64,000 bases of DNA from Selaginella moellendorffii (GCF_000143415.4 NW_003314262.1:142183-206182), one strand, 5' to 3'. Shown: positions 48,462 to 61,400, counted from the stretch's first letter. The notes: generated by a model not told the origin, from the sequence alone. Numbers and translations are program-made.

Positions 48462-51400
48462 ATGCGCGCGGCGATCTCCAGAAGCGGCGTGGACGATGCG
48501 TGCCGGAGCTACGCGCGCCTCCTCAAGGAATGCGGTAGGCTGGGGGATTTGGCGCAGGGCAAGCGCCTCCACGCGCAGATCCGCGAATCAGGGCTCCTGC
48601 TCGACGATCGCGAGGAGAGCGGCGCGCGATTCCTGGGCAACTGTCTCGTCCAAATGTATGGCAAATGCGGCAGGACTGACGAGGCGCAGCGCGCATTCGA
48701 CTCCATCGCGCACAAGAACATCTTCTCCTGGACGTCGATTCTCGTGGCGTACTTCCACGCGGGCCTCCATGCCCAGGCGCTGGAGAGATTCCACCAGATG
48801 ATCAAGGCCGGCGTGGAGCCCGACCGTCTTGTGTTCCTGGCGGCTCTCAACGTGTGTGGCATCCTCAAGCGGCTCGAAGATGGTGCCGGGATCCATCGCC
48901 AGATCCAAGACAAGCCGCTGGATTCCGACTTGGAGATCGGGAATGCGCTGGTCAGCATGTATGGGAAGTGTGGGAGGCTGGATCTCGCCAAAGAGCTCTT
49001 CGATTGTTTGGAGAGGAGGAATGTGATCAGCTGGACGATCTTGGTGTCCGTGTTTGCGGAGAATGGGAGGAGAAGAGAGACCTGGGGACTTCTTCGATCC
49101 ATGGCGGTGGAAGGGATAAAGCCGGACAAGGTTTTACTCCTCACGCTACTCAACGTTTGCTCCAGCCGGGGAGTTTTGGACGAGGATAGTTGGATGGCTC
49201 ACGACTATATCGTCGGGGGTGGATTGGATCGCGAGGCGGTGGTGGCCACCGCGCTGCTCTCCATGTTTGCGAGGTGTGGGAGAGTGGACAAGGCCAGGGA
49301 GATCTTCGAAAAGGTGGCGGATCACTCGGCACAAGTGATCGAATGCTGGAACGCGATGATCACGGCTTACGCTCATAGAGGGTGCTCCAAAGAGGCTCTT
49401 TTCCTGCTCGATTCTCTCCAGCTCCAGGGAGTGAAGCCGAATTGCATCACCTTTATCAGCTCTCTTGGTGCCTGCTCGAGCTTGCAAGACGGTCGAGCTC
49501 TACACCTTCTCATCCACGAGAGTGGATTCGATCAAGAGGTATCGGTGGCGAACGCGCTGGTGACGATGTATGGGAAGTGCGGGAGCTTGCTGGATTCGGC
49601 CAAGCTCTTCTCGGAGATGGCTGAGAAGGACCTGGCGTCCTGGAACTCGGCCATCGCCGCTCACTCTTACCACGGACGCAGCGACGAGTGCATCAAACTC
49701 CTGGATCAAATGCGAGGAGAAGGATTCCTGTACGAGAAGGTAACTTTCCTCACAGCTCTCAACTCGTGCACTGATCCAGCTTCGCTGCAAGATGGAGTTT
49801 TGATGCACGAGAAGATCGTCCAGTGTGGATACGAGGCGGACACGGTGGTGGCGTCGGCGGTGATCAACATGTACGGGAGGTGTGGAGGTCTGGACAGAGC
49901 GAGGGAGATCTTCACCAGAGTGAAAACTTTCGACGTGATCCTCTGGACCGGGATGCTCACAGTCTACTGTCAACTCGGCCGGACCAAGCAAGTGATGGAG
50001 CACTTTCGATCCATGCTCCACGAAGGATTGAAGCCAACGGGAGTGACTCTCGTGAACTTGATCACCTGCGTCGCGGATTCCGGACTGGAACACTTCCGAG
50101 ATGGAGTGTGGATCAGCTCTCTGGCCTGGGAGAGTGGACTGGAATCCGAGACGATGGTTGCAAACTCTCTCATCGAGATGTTCTCGGAGTTCCGGAGCTT
50201 GAGCCAGGCGAGAGCCATCTTCGACAGGAATCCCGAGAAGAGCGTTGCGCTCCACACCACGATGCTAGCGGCGTACGTGAAGGGAGAGCGCGGCAAAGAA
50301 GCCGGTGTTCTTCGCGAGCACGCTCAAGCAGCCATGGAGCTCTTCCAGACGATGCAAGCACAGGGGCAGAGACCTGGCCTTCCAACTTTCGTCATGGCAG
50401 TGGACGCCGCGGGGATCTTAGCAGCGCTCTCGTCGGGAATAACTCTCCACAGCTCCATTGTGGAGTGTGGCTTCCTCTCCGACGCTCACGTCGCTACCGC
50501 GCTCATCGACATGTATGGGAAGTGTGGAGACTTATCGTCCGCCGAGAAGATCTTCCAGTTCTTCCTCGAGTCCTCGCGGGCAGACATGGTGCTGTGGACG
50601 TCGATGATGGGAGCTTACGTCCAGCTCGATCGGTGCGAGCGAGCGCTCACTCTTTTCGCGAGGATGCTGCTTGAGGGGCTGGAGCCGAGCAGCGTGACGC
50701 TCGTCACGGCCATGAGTGCGTGTGGTGGGCTGGCGGATCCATCCTCGAGCAAGCGCGTCCATGAGCGGGCCAGGGAGCTCGGGCTAGAGTCCGAGACGTG
50801 CGTCGCGAACGGGCTCGTGGACATGTACGGCAAGGCCGGCGACGTGGACACCGCGCGGTATATCTTTGACCGTGCGTTGCGCCGGAACGTCACGACTTGG
50901 AACGCCATGGCGGGCGCTTACCGGCAGTGTGGCGTGACGCGCGGTGTACTGTGGCTCGTACGGACCATGCAGCGCGACGGGTACCGCCCGGATTCGGTCA
51001 CCTTTGTGAGCCTTCTATCGGTTTGCGGCCACTCGGGGCTCTTGGAGGAGGCGCGCTACAACTTCGTGGCGATGCGCCGCGAGTTTGGGATTGATCCATC
51101 GCCCAAGCACTACTCCTGCGTCATCGATCTGCTGGCGCGCGCTGGAGAGCTCCAGCAGGCCGAGGATTTCATCGCCAGGATCTCGGTTTCTTCCCCGGCA
51201 TCCTCCCCGATGTGGATGGCGCTGCTGGGCGCTTGCCGGAGCTTGGGCAATTCCTCTTCCCGGGCGAGGCGCGCGGCCAGGAATGCGATGGACGTAGAGA
51301 AGATGGAGCCGCGGTCCCAGCACGATCCATCAGCCGCCCACGTCGCGCTGGCGAACATCTGTGCCGCGAGTGGGAATTGGGACGAGGCGCTGAGCATCCG

Positions 51401-51842
51401 CAAGGCGATGGCGGAGAAGGGATTGAGGAAAGAGCCCGGGAGGAGCTTGATCGCGGTTAAGAACCGGCTGCACGAATTCGTGGCAGGCGATCGCGATCAT
51501 CCGCGGCGCGAGGAGATCTATGCCGAGCTCCGGAGGCTGGAGAGGGCGATGGTGGATCGAGGATACGTCGTGGACACGGGAATGGTGACACACAATGTGG
51601 GCGAGGCAGACAAGAGGGATCTACTGGGCTGCCATAGCGAGAAGCTCGCAGTGGCGTTTGGGGTGCTCAGCACGCCGCCCGGATCGAGCTTGCGGATCAT
51701 CAAGAACCTGCGCGCCTGTGGCGATTGTCACACCGCGATCAAGCTCATATCGGCGATCGAGGGGCGGGAGATCGTGGTCAGGGATTCCAATCGTTTCCAC
51801 CACTTTAGAAATGGGAGCTGTTCTTGCGGAGACTACTGGTAA
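48462..51842 (+). CDS. PLS-class pentatricopeptide repeat protein with E and DYW deaminase domains (organellar C-to-U editing factor type), 1126 aa
   Basis: Repeated 'NALVxMYGKCG' motifs, PG box 'PGRSLI', zinc ligands 'HSEKLA' and 'CGDCH', and terminal 'CSCGDYW*'. Confidence 0.96.
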   Translation: MRAAISRSGVDDACRSYARLLKECGRLGDLAQGKRLHAQIRESGLLLDDREESGARFLGNCLVQMYGKCGRTDEAQRAFDSIAHKNIFSWTSILVAYFHAGLHAQALERFHQMIKAGVEPDRLVFLAALNVCGILKRLEDGAGIHRQIQDKPLDSDLEIGNALVSMYGKCGRLDLAKELFDCLERRNVISWTILVSVFAENGRRRETWGLLRSMAVEGIKPDKVLLLTLLNVCSSRGVLDEDSWMAHDYIVGGGLDREAVVATALLSMFARCGRVDKAREIFEKVADHSAQVIECWNAMITAYAHRGCSKEALFLLDSLQLQGVKPNCITFISSLGACSSLQDGRALHLLIHESGFDQEVSVANALVTMYGKCGSLLDSAKLFSEMAEKDLASWNSAIAAHSYHGRSDECIKLLDQMRGEGFLYEKVTFLTALNSCTDPASLQDGVLMHEKIVQCGYEADTVVASAVINMYGRCGGLDRAREIFTRVKTFDVILWTGMLTVYCQLGRTKQVMEHFRSMLHEGLKPTGVTLVNLITCVADSGLEHFRDGVWISSLAWESGLESETMVANSLIEMFSEFRSLSQARAIFDRNPEKSVALHTTMLAAYVKGERGKEAGVLREHAQAAMELFQTMQAQGQRPGLPTFVMAVDAAGILAALSSGITLHSSIVECGFLSDAHVATALIDMYGKCGDLSSAEKIFQFFLESSRADMVLWTSMMGAYVQLDRCERALTLFARMLLEGLEPSSVTLVTAMSACGGLADPSSSKRVHERARELGLESETCVANGLVDMYGKAGDVDTARYIFDRALRRNVTTWNAMAGAYRQCGVTRGVLWLVRTMQRDGYRPDSVTFVSLLSVCGHSGLLEEARYNFVAMRREFGIDPSPKHYSCVIDLLARAGELQQAEDFIARISVSSPASSPMWMALLGACRSLGNSSSRARRAARNAMDVEKMEPRSQHDPSAAHVALANICAASGNWDEALSIRKAMAEKGLRKEPGRSLIAVKNRLHEFVAGDRDHPRREEIYAELRRLERAMVDRGYVVDTGMVTHNVGEADKRDLLGCHSEKLAVAFGVLSTPPGSSLRIIKNLRACGDCHTAIKLISAIEGREIVVRDSNRFHHFRNGSCSCGDYW

Positions 51843-52034
51843 AGAGATAAGGTTTAAAATTTGAAAATATGGCGCGCAAAGATTAGGTCATTAGGAACCC
51901 GATTAGCAATTATTAATTTTGTCTTTATCACAGCCGTTCGTGACGGATCGATCTGAGCTGTTGGTCTAAGCTAGGGTTTTTGGGCATATCTACGTATATT
52001 TGTTCTTCATCCAAGAGCGCGAGCGCCTGGCGTG

Positions 52035-53986
52035 ATGGCGTTTCCCTACTTGGAATCCGTTGTCGGTGAGTGTCTCGCTTCGATTTCGCCACGAAATATC
52101 GGTGTTCTTGGCCAGGGTTCATGATCTTCATGTATTTCGTGGAGAGTTACTTGCATCTCCGCCAATACAGGGCTCTCAAGCTCCCCACGCTGCCTCCCAC
52201 GCTCGAAGGCGTCGTCAGCCAGGAGAAATTTGAGAAGTCGCGCGCTTACACTATTGAAAAGAGGTTTTTTTATAAAGTTTCAAAGCGCTCTTCTTACTTA
52301 AATCTCTTTTGATATTTCAATGCAGCCGCTTTCAGTTCATACACTCGGTATGGACAATCGTTGAGGAGTGCTGTATGCTGCTGCTGAAAATTTTGCCGTG
52401 GATTTGGATGGTATAGTGGTGTTTCATGTTAGTATTTGACGATCATTAGCTCTTTGTGCGCTCAGAAATCCGGAGATTTGGCAGTAAGGCTGGGCTTTGA
52501 TCCTCAAAACGAGATCGCACAAACACTGGCTTTTCTCGTCCTGACAACTATATGGTCTCAAGTAAGATAAAAAAGCTTTGTAGATTGTTAAAACATCATT
52601 GTGTGCTTTATTCTTCAGATAACGGAGCTTCCTTTCGCCTTGTATTCCACCTTTGTGATTGAAGAGCGTCATGGATTTAATAAAGTTTGCCGCCTTTCTT
52701 TTGTTTCCGCTGTGCCTTCTTCTAACCTTGAGCTTTTTTGGACCAGCAAACGATATGGCTCTTCTTTAAAGACATTCTAACGGGCCTACTTCTTATGGTG
52801 GTGCTTGCCCCGCCAATTGTTTCAGCTGTAATCATCATCGTCCAGGTATGGTGAAGAGTTTCCTCTGTTTTTTTTTATATATATATGAATGGTGAGTGCA
52901 GAAAAGTGGCCCATATCTTGCGATTTATCTGTGGGGATTCATTGTTGTCCTCGGGCTTCTTATGTTGATACTGTATCCACTCGTGATCCAACCATTGTTC
53001 AATAAGTTTACACCCGTAAGCTCACGCACATAGTGTAATCTCTTGAAACTGACATCGTAACTGTTGCAGCTCCCGGAAGGATCTTTGCGAAAGCAAATTG
53101 AGGATCTGGCTGCCTCTCTGAAATTTCCTTTGAAGAAGCTGTTTGTGGTAGATGGCTCTACCCGAAGCAGTCATAGCAACGTAAGTAACTGTTTGTGGCT
53201 GTTGGTTACTGAATTTTTACTCTTTTGCAGGCATACATGTATGGCTTTTTCAAAAGCAAGCGCATTGTGCTATACGATACACTAGTTCAGCAAGTACGCT
53301 ATTTCACTTGTCTCGTTTCATTCGATACGATGCTGTTTACAGTGCACAAACGAGGACGAGGTAGTGGCCGTGATAGCGCACGAACTGGGACACTGGAAGC
53401 TTAATCACACGACATATTCGTTCATAGCGGGACAGGTTTTGTATCACACGTACATGGCGCGTTTGCTGACGCTTCTTTTTGCTTGCTGCTCTGTCCAGTT
53501 TCTTACTCTACTCCAGTGCGTCGGATACACGTTCGTCCGGAACTCCAAGGATTTGTTCCACAGCTTTGGCTTTACCACTCAGCCGGTACTTATCGGCTTG
53601 CAGCTGTTCCAGGTATTTCTCTTACGCCTTTTCTTAAGAAGAAGTGGACCATAGCTAATATTATCAATGCAATGCAGCACACGTTGACGCCACTTCTTCA
53701 CGTTGCTGGCTTTGTGATGAACCTTGTGAGTCGCGCGTTTGAGTTCCAGGTAAGAAAACTCGAGAGATCGCTGGGGAGTGTTTTTGAGCTTTGCTCTCTA
53801 CAGGCTGATAATTTTGCGGGTGAGCTGGGCTACGCACTCCCGCTCCGTGGCGGGCTTATCAAGCTCCAGGAGGAGAACCTGTCCGCCATGAACACTGATC
53901 CCTGGTACTCCACTTACCACTACTCCCATCCTCCTCTGGTGGAACGGCTGGCGGCGCTGGACAAATTCCAAAAGAAGACCGAGTGA
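52035..53986 (+). CDS. STE24: CAAX prenyl protease 1 (peptidase M48), multi-exon
   Basis: '[10 protein letters not shown]|GFMIFMY', '[19 protein letters not shown]', HExxH motif 'IAHELGHW', and '[27 protein letters not shown]'. Confidence 0.93.
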
Positions 53987-54212
53987 GCGAAAAGAAGAAG
54001 CGAGATCATTGTATGTAAATTTCCTCTCGATTTTGGTTTCAAACCACCTCGGACCGGACCACATTATCAAAACTTAAAGCTTGTGCGAAATCGTGAGCTT
54101 AGATTAGACTAAGGTCATTATTCTACAGGCAAGAAAATACTATATCATCGCCCTCGAGTTATTTGTACATGCCTTCGAGTGGAAAAATTTAATAATCTCT
54201 CTTCTTTTTTCT

Positions 54213-57200
54213 TCACACCTGGTCAGAGTAGTGGTGATGGCGGCCATTGCTGTGGCCATTGCCTTGGTCACGCCGTGGTATGGCATGGTAGCTCTTGGCC
54301 CGGAAGAACGTCTGGTACGATGGAGCGCTCACTCGCGGGATGAGCGGGCAGCTCGCGGCGCGGAAGAAGCTAATCGTGTTACACTTTGATCGGCAGCACT
54401 TTCTCCACAAACCATGGATCGCTTTTACCACAGCGTCCACCACCAGGCTGAGCGACGCCACTCCCACGCAAAAGAGCCACTGGCAGGGGCTCAGGGGCGT
54501 GGTGCTCGCCACGGAGCCCAGCCACTCGATCAAAACCACCTGGAACACAACCGTGGCCGTCACGATCGCGAGGAAAAACCGGTTGTCCAGGTGCCGGAAC
54601 ACGTTGATCTTGTCCATCTCTCTCGAGTTGAACTCGTTAAAAACCTGGCGTGGATCGGCATCTAGTGAGCAAACGAAACCCGAGCTCGAGCGGCGGAGGC
54701 ACTAACCTGGAAGAAGACGAAGGTGTTGAAAATGATCGTGTTGAGCACCAGCTTTCCGTGGTCGCCCGCGTCAACGAGGCCGAAGATCTCCAGCCCCCGG
54801 TACTGAAGTACAATGAGCACGACGAGCTGGAACACAGACTGTGCAAGCACGTTCCTGCACATCACCGGACTGATGAAATTCTCCTTTCTCCGCACTGGCG
54901 GCCTCTTCATTAATCCCGCATGTGGGGACTCCGTAGCAAGCGCCAGGGCCCCGAGAGTGTCCATTATCAGATTCACCCACAACAGCTGGATCACAGTGAG
55001 GGGAACGTCTCCTGCGCCGAGGAAAGCGTTAGGAAACGCATTAAGTAAGTTATACGGAGAATCGTCGCAAAAGGAACAGGAAGAAAAAAGAAGTACCTGT
55101 GGAGCAGGCGGACCAAAAGTTGAGGGCGAGCGCCACCAGATTCACAGTCGCTTGGAACTGAACAAACTTTTGAATATTGGTGTAGACAGACCGACCCCAG
55201 AGCGCAACATTGACTATGGACGCAAAGTTGTCGTCGAGGATTATGATGTCTGAGCTCTCCTTAGCAACCTGTAACAAGGGAAGACGCAATTAACAATGCT
55301 TCAATCATCAGGACGAAATCATGTGAACTACCCAGCAGAATTAAGAAGAATAATATTTAATCGGGGCTACCAACCTCGGTTCCAGCTATTCCCATGGAAA
55401 TCCCAATGTCTGCTTCACGGAGAGCAGGAGCATCGTTTGTTCCATCTCCTGTTACTCCAACAACTTCCCCCATAGCTTGCAGTTCCTTGACAAGCCTGTG
55501 CTTGTCGGAGGGGCTCGATCTAGCTAATATCTGATTGAAAAAGGAAGATAAGTACGAGTGCTCAAGCAGAGCATCAAAAACTTACCTGCATCTTTGGGAT
55601 TCTTCGCCGCATTTCTTCGCCAGTCCAGCTTCTGAAAACGGGCCCTTCGACAGCTTCACCGTCCGTAAGAATCCCACACTCGCGAGCAATCGCCATAGCT
55701 GTGTATAAGTTATCACCGGTCACCATTCTTACTCGGATACCAGCGGACATGCACATCCTTACAGCTTCCTCCACCCCGGGCCTCACCGGATCCTTGATTC
55801 CGACAATCCCGGCACAGACAAAACCTTGCTGGGGAAGCGCTTCCTCCCCCTGCGGAGCGATCTCCAAGTCTCTGTAAGCTAAACAGAGCGTTCGCAGACC
55901 TTCATCTGCAAACCTTCTGATGATTCCTCTCAGCTCCCAGTTTTTGCTGTCGTCGAGAGCGACTTTCCTGCCTTGAGAGTCGAGGTACCAGTCACACATC
56001 CCCATAACTATCTCCGAGGCCCCCTTCCAATGCACACGATACGAGGGAGCCGATTGCTCACCACCACCGTTAACGGCTACCAGAACTCCCATCATCTTCT
56101 TCACCGAGTTGAACGGCTCCACGCGAATGACCCTGGATCTGGATCGGACCTCGGACACCAGTCCTTGCCAATTGCCCGCCAAGTCCAATCCAAACTGGAG
56201 CAGCGCCGTCTCGGTGGGAGTTCCAATCACTTCCACCGTCTTGGTCTTCGGATCATATGCCTCGCCAGGGCATACCACCACCTCTCCACTCGTGTTCTGG
56301 AAGATCCCTTCCAGGACCATCTCTCGAGAAGATCTTGACACCACCGGCACCCGCTCTGTTCTCCCCGCGACCAGTAATTCGTCCCCGATCCACGACTTGA
56401 TTACAGTCATCTGATTCGTCGTGAGCGTCCCCGTCTTGTCGCACAGTATACACGTCGCGGACCCCATCGTCTCGCACGCCGCCAGGTGCCTCACGAGTGC
56501 CTTCTCGCTCATCATCTTCATCATCGCGAATGCCAGGGACAGCGTCACCGCCAGAGGAAGCCCCTCGGGCACCGCCACCACCACGATCGTCACGGCCGTG
56601 GACAAGAACTGGACGCCCTTCATCACGTCGTGCATCGACCAAGCACCACTCTTCGAAGTCACGTACTTGGTCACCAGGATCACAAAGATGGCCACTGCCG
56701 ATCCAAGACCAATCTTCCCGATGAGCGTCGCCAGATCCTGGAGCTTGTGCTGGAGAGGAGTCTCGGACTGCCCGGAATCCTCCCCGCTGAGAATCGACAT
56801 ACTGTGCCCCCATTCGGTGTTCATTCCCACGCCAGTGACGATCATCACCCCCGATCCATCGCCAATCTTGGTGCCCGAGATGAGGAATGGCTGCTCGGCC
56901 GATTTTGCTCGCATCTCACTCTCGCCTGTCATGCACGATTCATCCACCAGCAGCGACTGGCCGTAGAGTAGCAAGCCATCCGCCGGGATCTGATCGCCAA
57001 TGCCGAGATGGACAATGTCACCGACCACCAGCTCTGACGCTAGGATCCTCCGACGCTTGGCGGACCGAGTGACCTGTATGTAGACCTTTCCCTTCTCCTT
57101 GTCGAGAGCCCGGAACTGGACAGCCTGCTGGTAATCGCTGCTAGCCGAGACCGTGATCACCAGCACGACGGAGACGAGGATCCCAGCTCCATCGCACCAG

Positions 57201-57651
57201 CCGTCGCGGAATCCCTTCGTCGCGATGCCCACCGCAATGGAGACGAGCGCGCAGACCACCAGGATGAGGAGCGTCAGATCCTGCGAGGCGTCGAGAATGT
57301 AGGAGAAGACGCTCCTCTGCGGCGATTCCTTGTAGGTGTTGGATCCAAACGCTCGCCGGCGCGCATCGAGCTCCGAGGGATCGATGCCATGCTCGATGCC
57401 GTGGACGTGGAGCTTGCCCGCGATTCCGAGCACGCCGCCGTGATCGCGGAGGAGGCGCGCGTCGGATTGCTGCACGATGGATGACAGCGTCGAAATATCG
57501 ATCGCGAAGGCCTCGTCGTCGGTGTTCTTGAGCAGCGGCCCTGCGAAATACCGCCAAGAACCAGGAAATCACGACAGCGATTCAGGATTTCCGCACGATC
57601 TCGATGCGAAGAACACGAATCCATACCTCGCGACACGATGATCGCCTCCAT
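54213..57651 (-). CDS. P2B-type Ca2+-ATPase (ACA-like) copy B, with short N-terminus and extended C-terminus
   Basis: Motifs [29 protein letters not shown] and '[17 protein letters not shown]'. Predicted exon 1 at 57651-57627 (MEAIIVSR), GT-AG intron 57626-57541, in frame with the large exon. Start codon uncertain. Confidence 0.9.
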
Positions 57652-57827
57652 TTCTATCGAGCTGCGCCTGCGTCGAGCGGCAAAATACCCCTCACCTCGT
57701 AGGGTTTTGGCGCACAACCACGATCAATGCTAAGCGCGCGCCAATCCCACGCTCTTGGCGAGGATTCTCGAAGATCATCGCGATGAGAGCCACAGGGAGG
57801 ACGAAAAGAATTGATTTGATGATAGCC

Positions 57828-57885
57828 TCTCTCTCTCTCTCTCTCTCTTTTCTTCTCTCTCTTTTCTTCCCTTCCCTTCCCTTCC
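57828..57885. repeat. (CT)n / CTTCC pyrimidine microsatellite upstream of ACA-B
   Basis: 'ctctctctctctctctctctctttt...cttcccttcccttcc'. Confidence 0.8.
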
Positions 57886-58459
57886 TAGGCTAATCCCTTC
57901 TAATTTTTACACTGCCAGTGTTAAGGGCTGGGCCATGGCGCTAAGATTAGGGCAGGCGTACGGACGGGACAGGATCCCGGCTTCCGCGCAGCTGCGGGGT
58001 GGAGAATATTCGCACATGCCAGGTCGATTTGAAATTTGAATTTAACCTAGAATTTAGGGCGGAGTCAGACTCGCGGGGAGATTTTTCAGAGATGGAAGCT
58101 TCACGGAAAGGCTGGGCGCTGTCTCTAGCACTGTGGGGCTTTCCTGTTGAAATCGGTGAAGTATTGCTACAATCCTGGATCTAGATCTGGATTGGCTGGT
58201 TTCGAGCGAATGGGACGAAATTCTTCCTGTTCCATCGATCACCACACCGAGGTCTTTTCGCTTTTGATTCGATTCGATGGGGATAATCAAGCGGCAAACT
58301 TTGCATTCCATTGACAAGCTTGCTTGCTTTCGTCCCTGGAAATCAAAGTTTCCTGGAAACGGTGAGGAAACAAAACTTAGCTCCCTTTCTCTTGGTGAAG
58401 CTCTCCTTTTTTTCTTCTTCTTCTTCCACTCTCGCCAACTTCGCAGAGAGGGTGGAGTT

Positions 58460-61400
58460 TCATGCGCTCTGCGGCAAGGGCTGGTAGCCATCGTTGTCCT
58501 CTTCGTCGTTGTCGCTGGAATGCGAGGAGAAGCACGACGATTCTGCCGGGACTGGAATGAGCTTGCCGAGCATTGCCAGTGGCACGCCGATGGCCCCGAG
58601 CAGCACGCTGATCCCCCACTGCTTTGCATTTAGCGGGGTGGTGTCGGCCAGCTTGCCCAGGAACTCCACCAGAATGGTCTGGAAAACCACCGTGAAGAGG
58701 ATCACCAGGAGGAAAGTTATGTTGTTGAAGGTGTGCTTGAAAACGTTGAGCTTCTCCATGTCTCTCGCATTCAGCTCGTTGAATACCTGTAGCAGCGGCG
58801 ACAGTGAGAAAAACTAGACAGAAAGCAATAGAGTTTACCTGGCAGAACACGAAAACATTGAAGATGAGGGTGTTGAGCGTCAAGGTGTCGTAGCCGAGAA
58901 TGTCTTTTCCCTTGTACAGGAGAACATTAAGAACGACGAGCTGATAAACGACCTGGACTGCTATGTTCCTCCACATGACGGTGCTTATAAAGGATCCTTT
59001 ACGTCCAACGGGTGTTCTCTTCATCAGATCATCCGTCGGTGGCTCGGTTGCCAGAGCAAGAGCACCCAACGTGTCCATGATCAGATTCACCCACAGTAGC
59101 TGCACAGCAGTGAGCGGAGCCGTCCCTGATCAACGACAAGAGAAGAAAATGTCACATATGAGACCCAAGAACTTAAAGAGTAAAGAATCTTACCTGTGAT
59201 GCAAGCAGATGTAAAATTCAACACGAGGGCCACAAGGTTCACTGTAAGCTGGAACTGGACAAACTTTTGGATGTTTGTGTAGACCGAGCGGCCCCATTTT
59301 GCTACCACCACTATAGTGTTGAACTTGTCGTCTAGAATAACTATATCAGCGCTCTCCTTTGCTACCTGTTGCATAAAAATAAAATAAAATAAAATATTCC
59401 GGCCTCTCAGAACGATTTAAAGAAGATCAAGATGAAAAGTAGTACCTCCGTTCCAGCAATTCCCATGGCCAAGCCAACGTCTGCTTCATGTAAAGCCGGA
59501 GCGTCGTTGGTTCCATCGCCAGTTACGGAAACCACTTCATCCAGAGCTCGCAATTCTCTTACGAGAGTGTGTTTGTCAGTTGGAGAGGATCTTGCCATAA
59601 CCTTCCAGACGAAACGGAGATAAATAATTAGAAAGCTCAATAAAAACGTCGGCTTGCTTGCTTACCTGCAAGCTGGGAATCAACTTTCTCATCTCTTCGG
59701 TGCTGAGGCGACGAAAGTCGGGCCCTTCAATCGCTTCACCGTCTGTGAGGATGCCACACTCTCGAGCAATGGCAACCGCGGTGTTGATGTTGTCACCCGT
59801 TACCATTCGAACCTTGATACCAGCTGCGAAGCAAAGCTGGACGGCCTCCCTCACTCCTGGCCTTACCGGATCCTTGATACCGACGATTCCAATGCAGGTG
59901 AAGCCATTATCGGGAAGTTTATCTTCAGCAGGCTCGCTCTCCAGTTCTCGGAACGCCATGCACAGCGTCCTCAGAGCCTCGTCGGCGAAAGTCGTGATAA
60001 TTCCCTTGAGCTCGCGGTATTTCTTCTCGTCTATGGGACAAACGTTGCCTTCGGTGTCGAGGTACTTGTCACACATGCCCAGGACAATCTCCGAAGCACC
60101 TTTCCAGTGAGCACGGATGGTTCCATGGCCGCCCTTTACCAGCACCCCCATTCTTTTCTTCGCCGAGTTGAACGGCTCAACCTTGAGAATGCTCGACTGG
60201 CTTCTCACGTCCTTGAAGTTACCTCCCAGGCTGATACCAAACGATAGAACCGCAGTCTCGGTCGGAGTTCCTATCAGGTCCGGCTTGCCTCCCTCTCCAT
60301 CGCCGACGTCTCCACTTGTGTTCTGAAAGCAGTTCTCAAGCACCAGCTCGTGAAGTTCAGCACAGACTTCCGGCCTTGACTCGCTCCAAACTCTTCCACC
60401 AATCCATGACTTCACCACAGTCATGTGGTTTGTCGTTAAAGTTCCAGTCTTGTCGCTGCATATGCAAGTCGCCGATCCCATCGTTTCGCAAGCGGACAGA
60501 TGCCTCACCAGGGCCTTGTCCCTCATCATCTTCTTCATCGCGTACGCCAGAGTAAGCGTCACCGCAAGCGGGAGGCCTTCGGGCACAGCAACGACGATGA
60601 TAGTCACGGCGATGGCGAAGAAGTTGACGATCTCGAGAGCGTCATGAGTAACCAGCTGGAACCTCTTCTTGATCAAAAACCTCAGGAGCAAGACGAGGAA
60701 AGTCACGACCGCAAAGCCGAGGCCGATTTTCCCGATCAAAGTCGCCACTCCATTGAGCCTTACTTGCAAAGGAGTCTCGTCGTCACCACCTTCACCCAGC
60801 ACAGCCATCAGGTGCCCCCACTCCGTGTTCATTCCAACACCCGTGACGAGCATCAGTGCCGAGCCATCCTGAACTTTCGTCCCCGAAAGCAAAAACGGTT
60901 TATTCTTCCCGACATGCTGTGGTTCACTCTCCCCGGTCATGGACGACTCGTCGATCACCAGCGAGTACCCGGAGATAAACAGCCCGTCCGCTGGAACTTG
61001 ATCGCCGATGGAAAGATGCACCACGTCTCCAACAACAAGATCGAAGATGGAAACCTTCTGCCGCTTGTGGTTCCTTGTCACCTGTACAAGTATGTTCTTC
61101 TTCTCTTTGTCGAGATCCCTGAACTGGAGAGACTGCTGGTAGTCGCTTGCAGCAGTGACGAAAACCACGAGAATAATGCTGAGCGCAATGCCAGTTCCAT
61201 CGTACCACCCTTCCTTCCAGCCTTCCGTGAGCACACCGATCACCAGCGAGAGGATCGCGCAAAAGCCGAGAATCGCCAGCGTCAAGTCGTGCATGGCCTC
61301 CCACACGAACACCCAGAATCCTTTCGGCGGCTTCTCCTCGTACATGTTGGACCCGAAAGCTTCCTTCCTCTTGTCGATCTCGTCTTTGGAGACTCCATCG

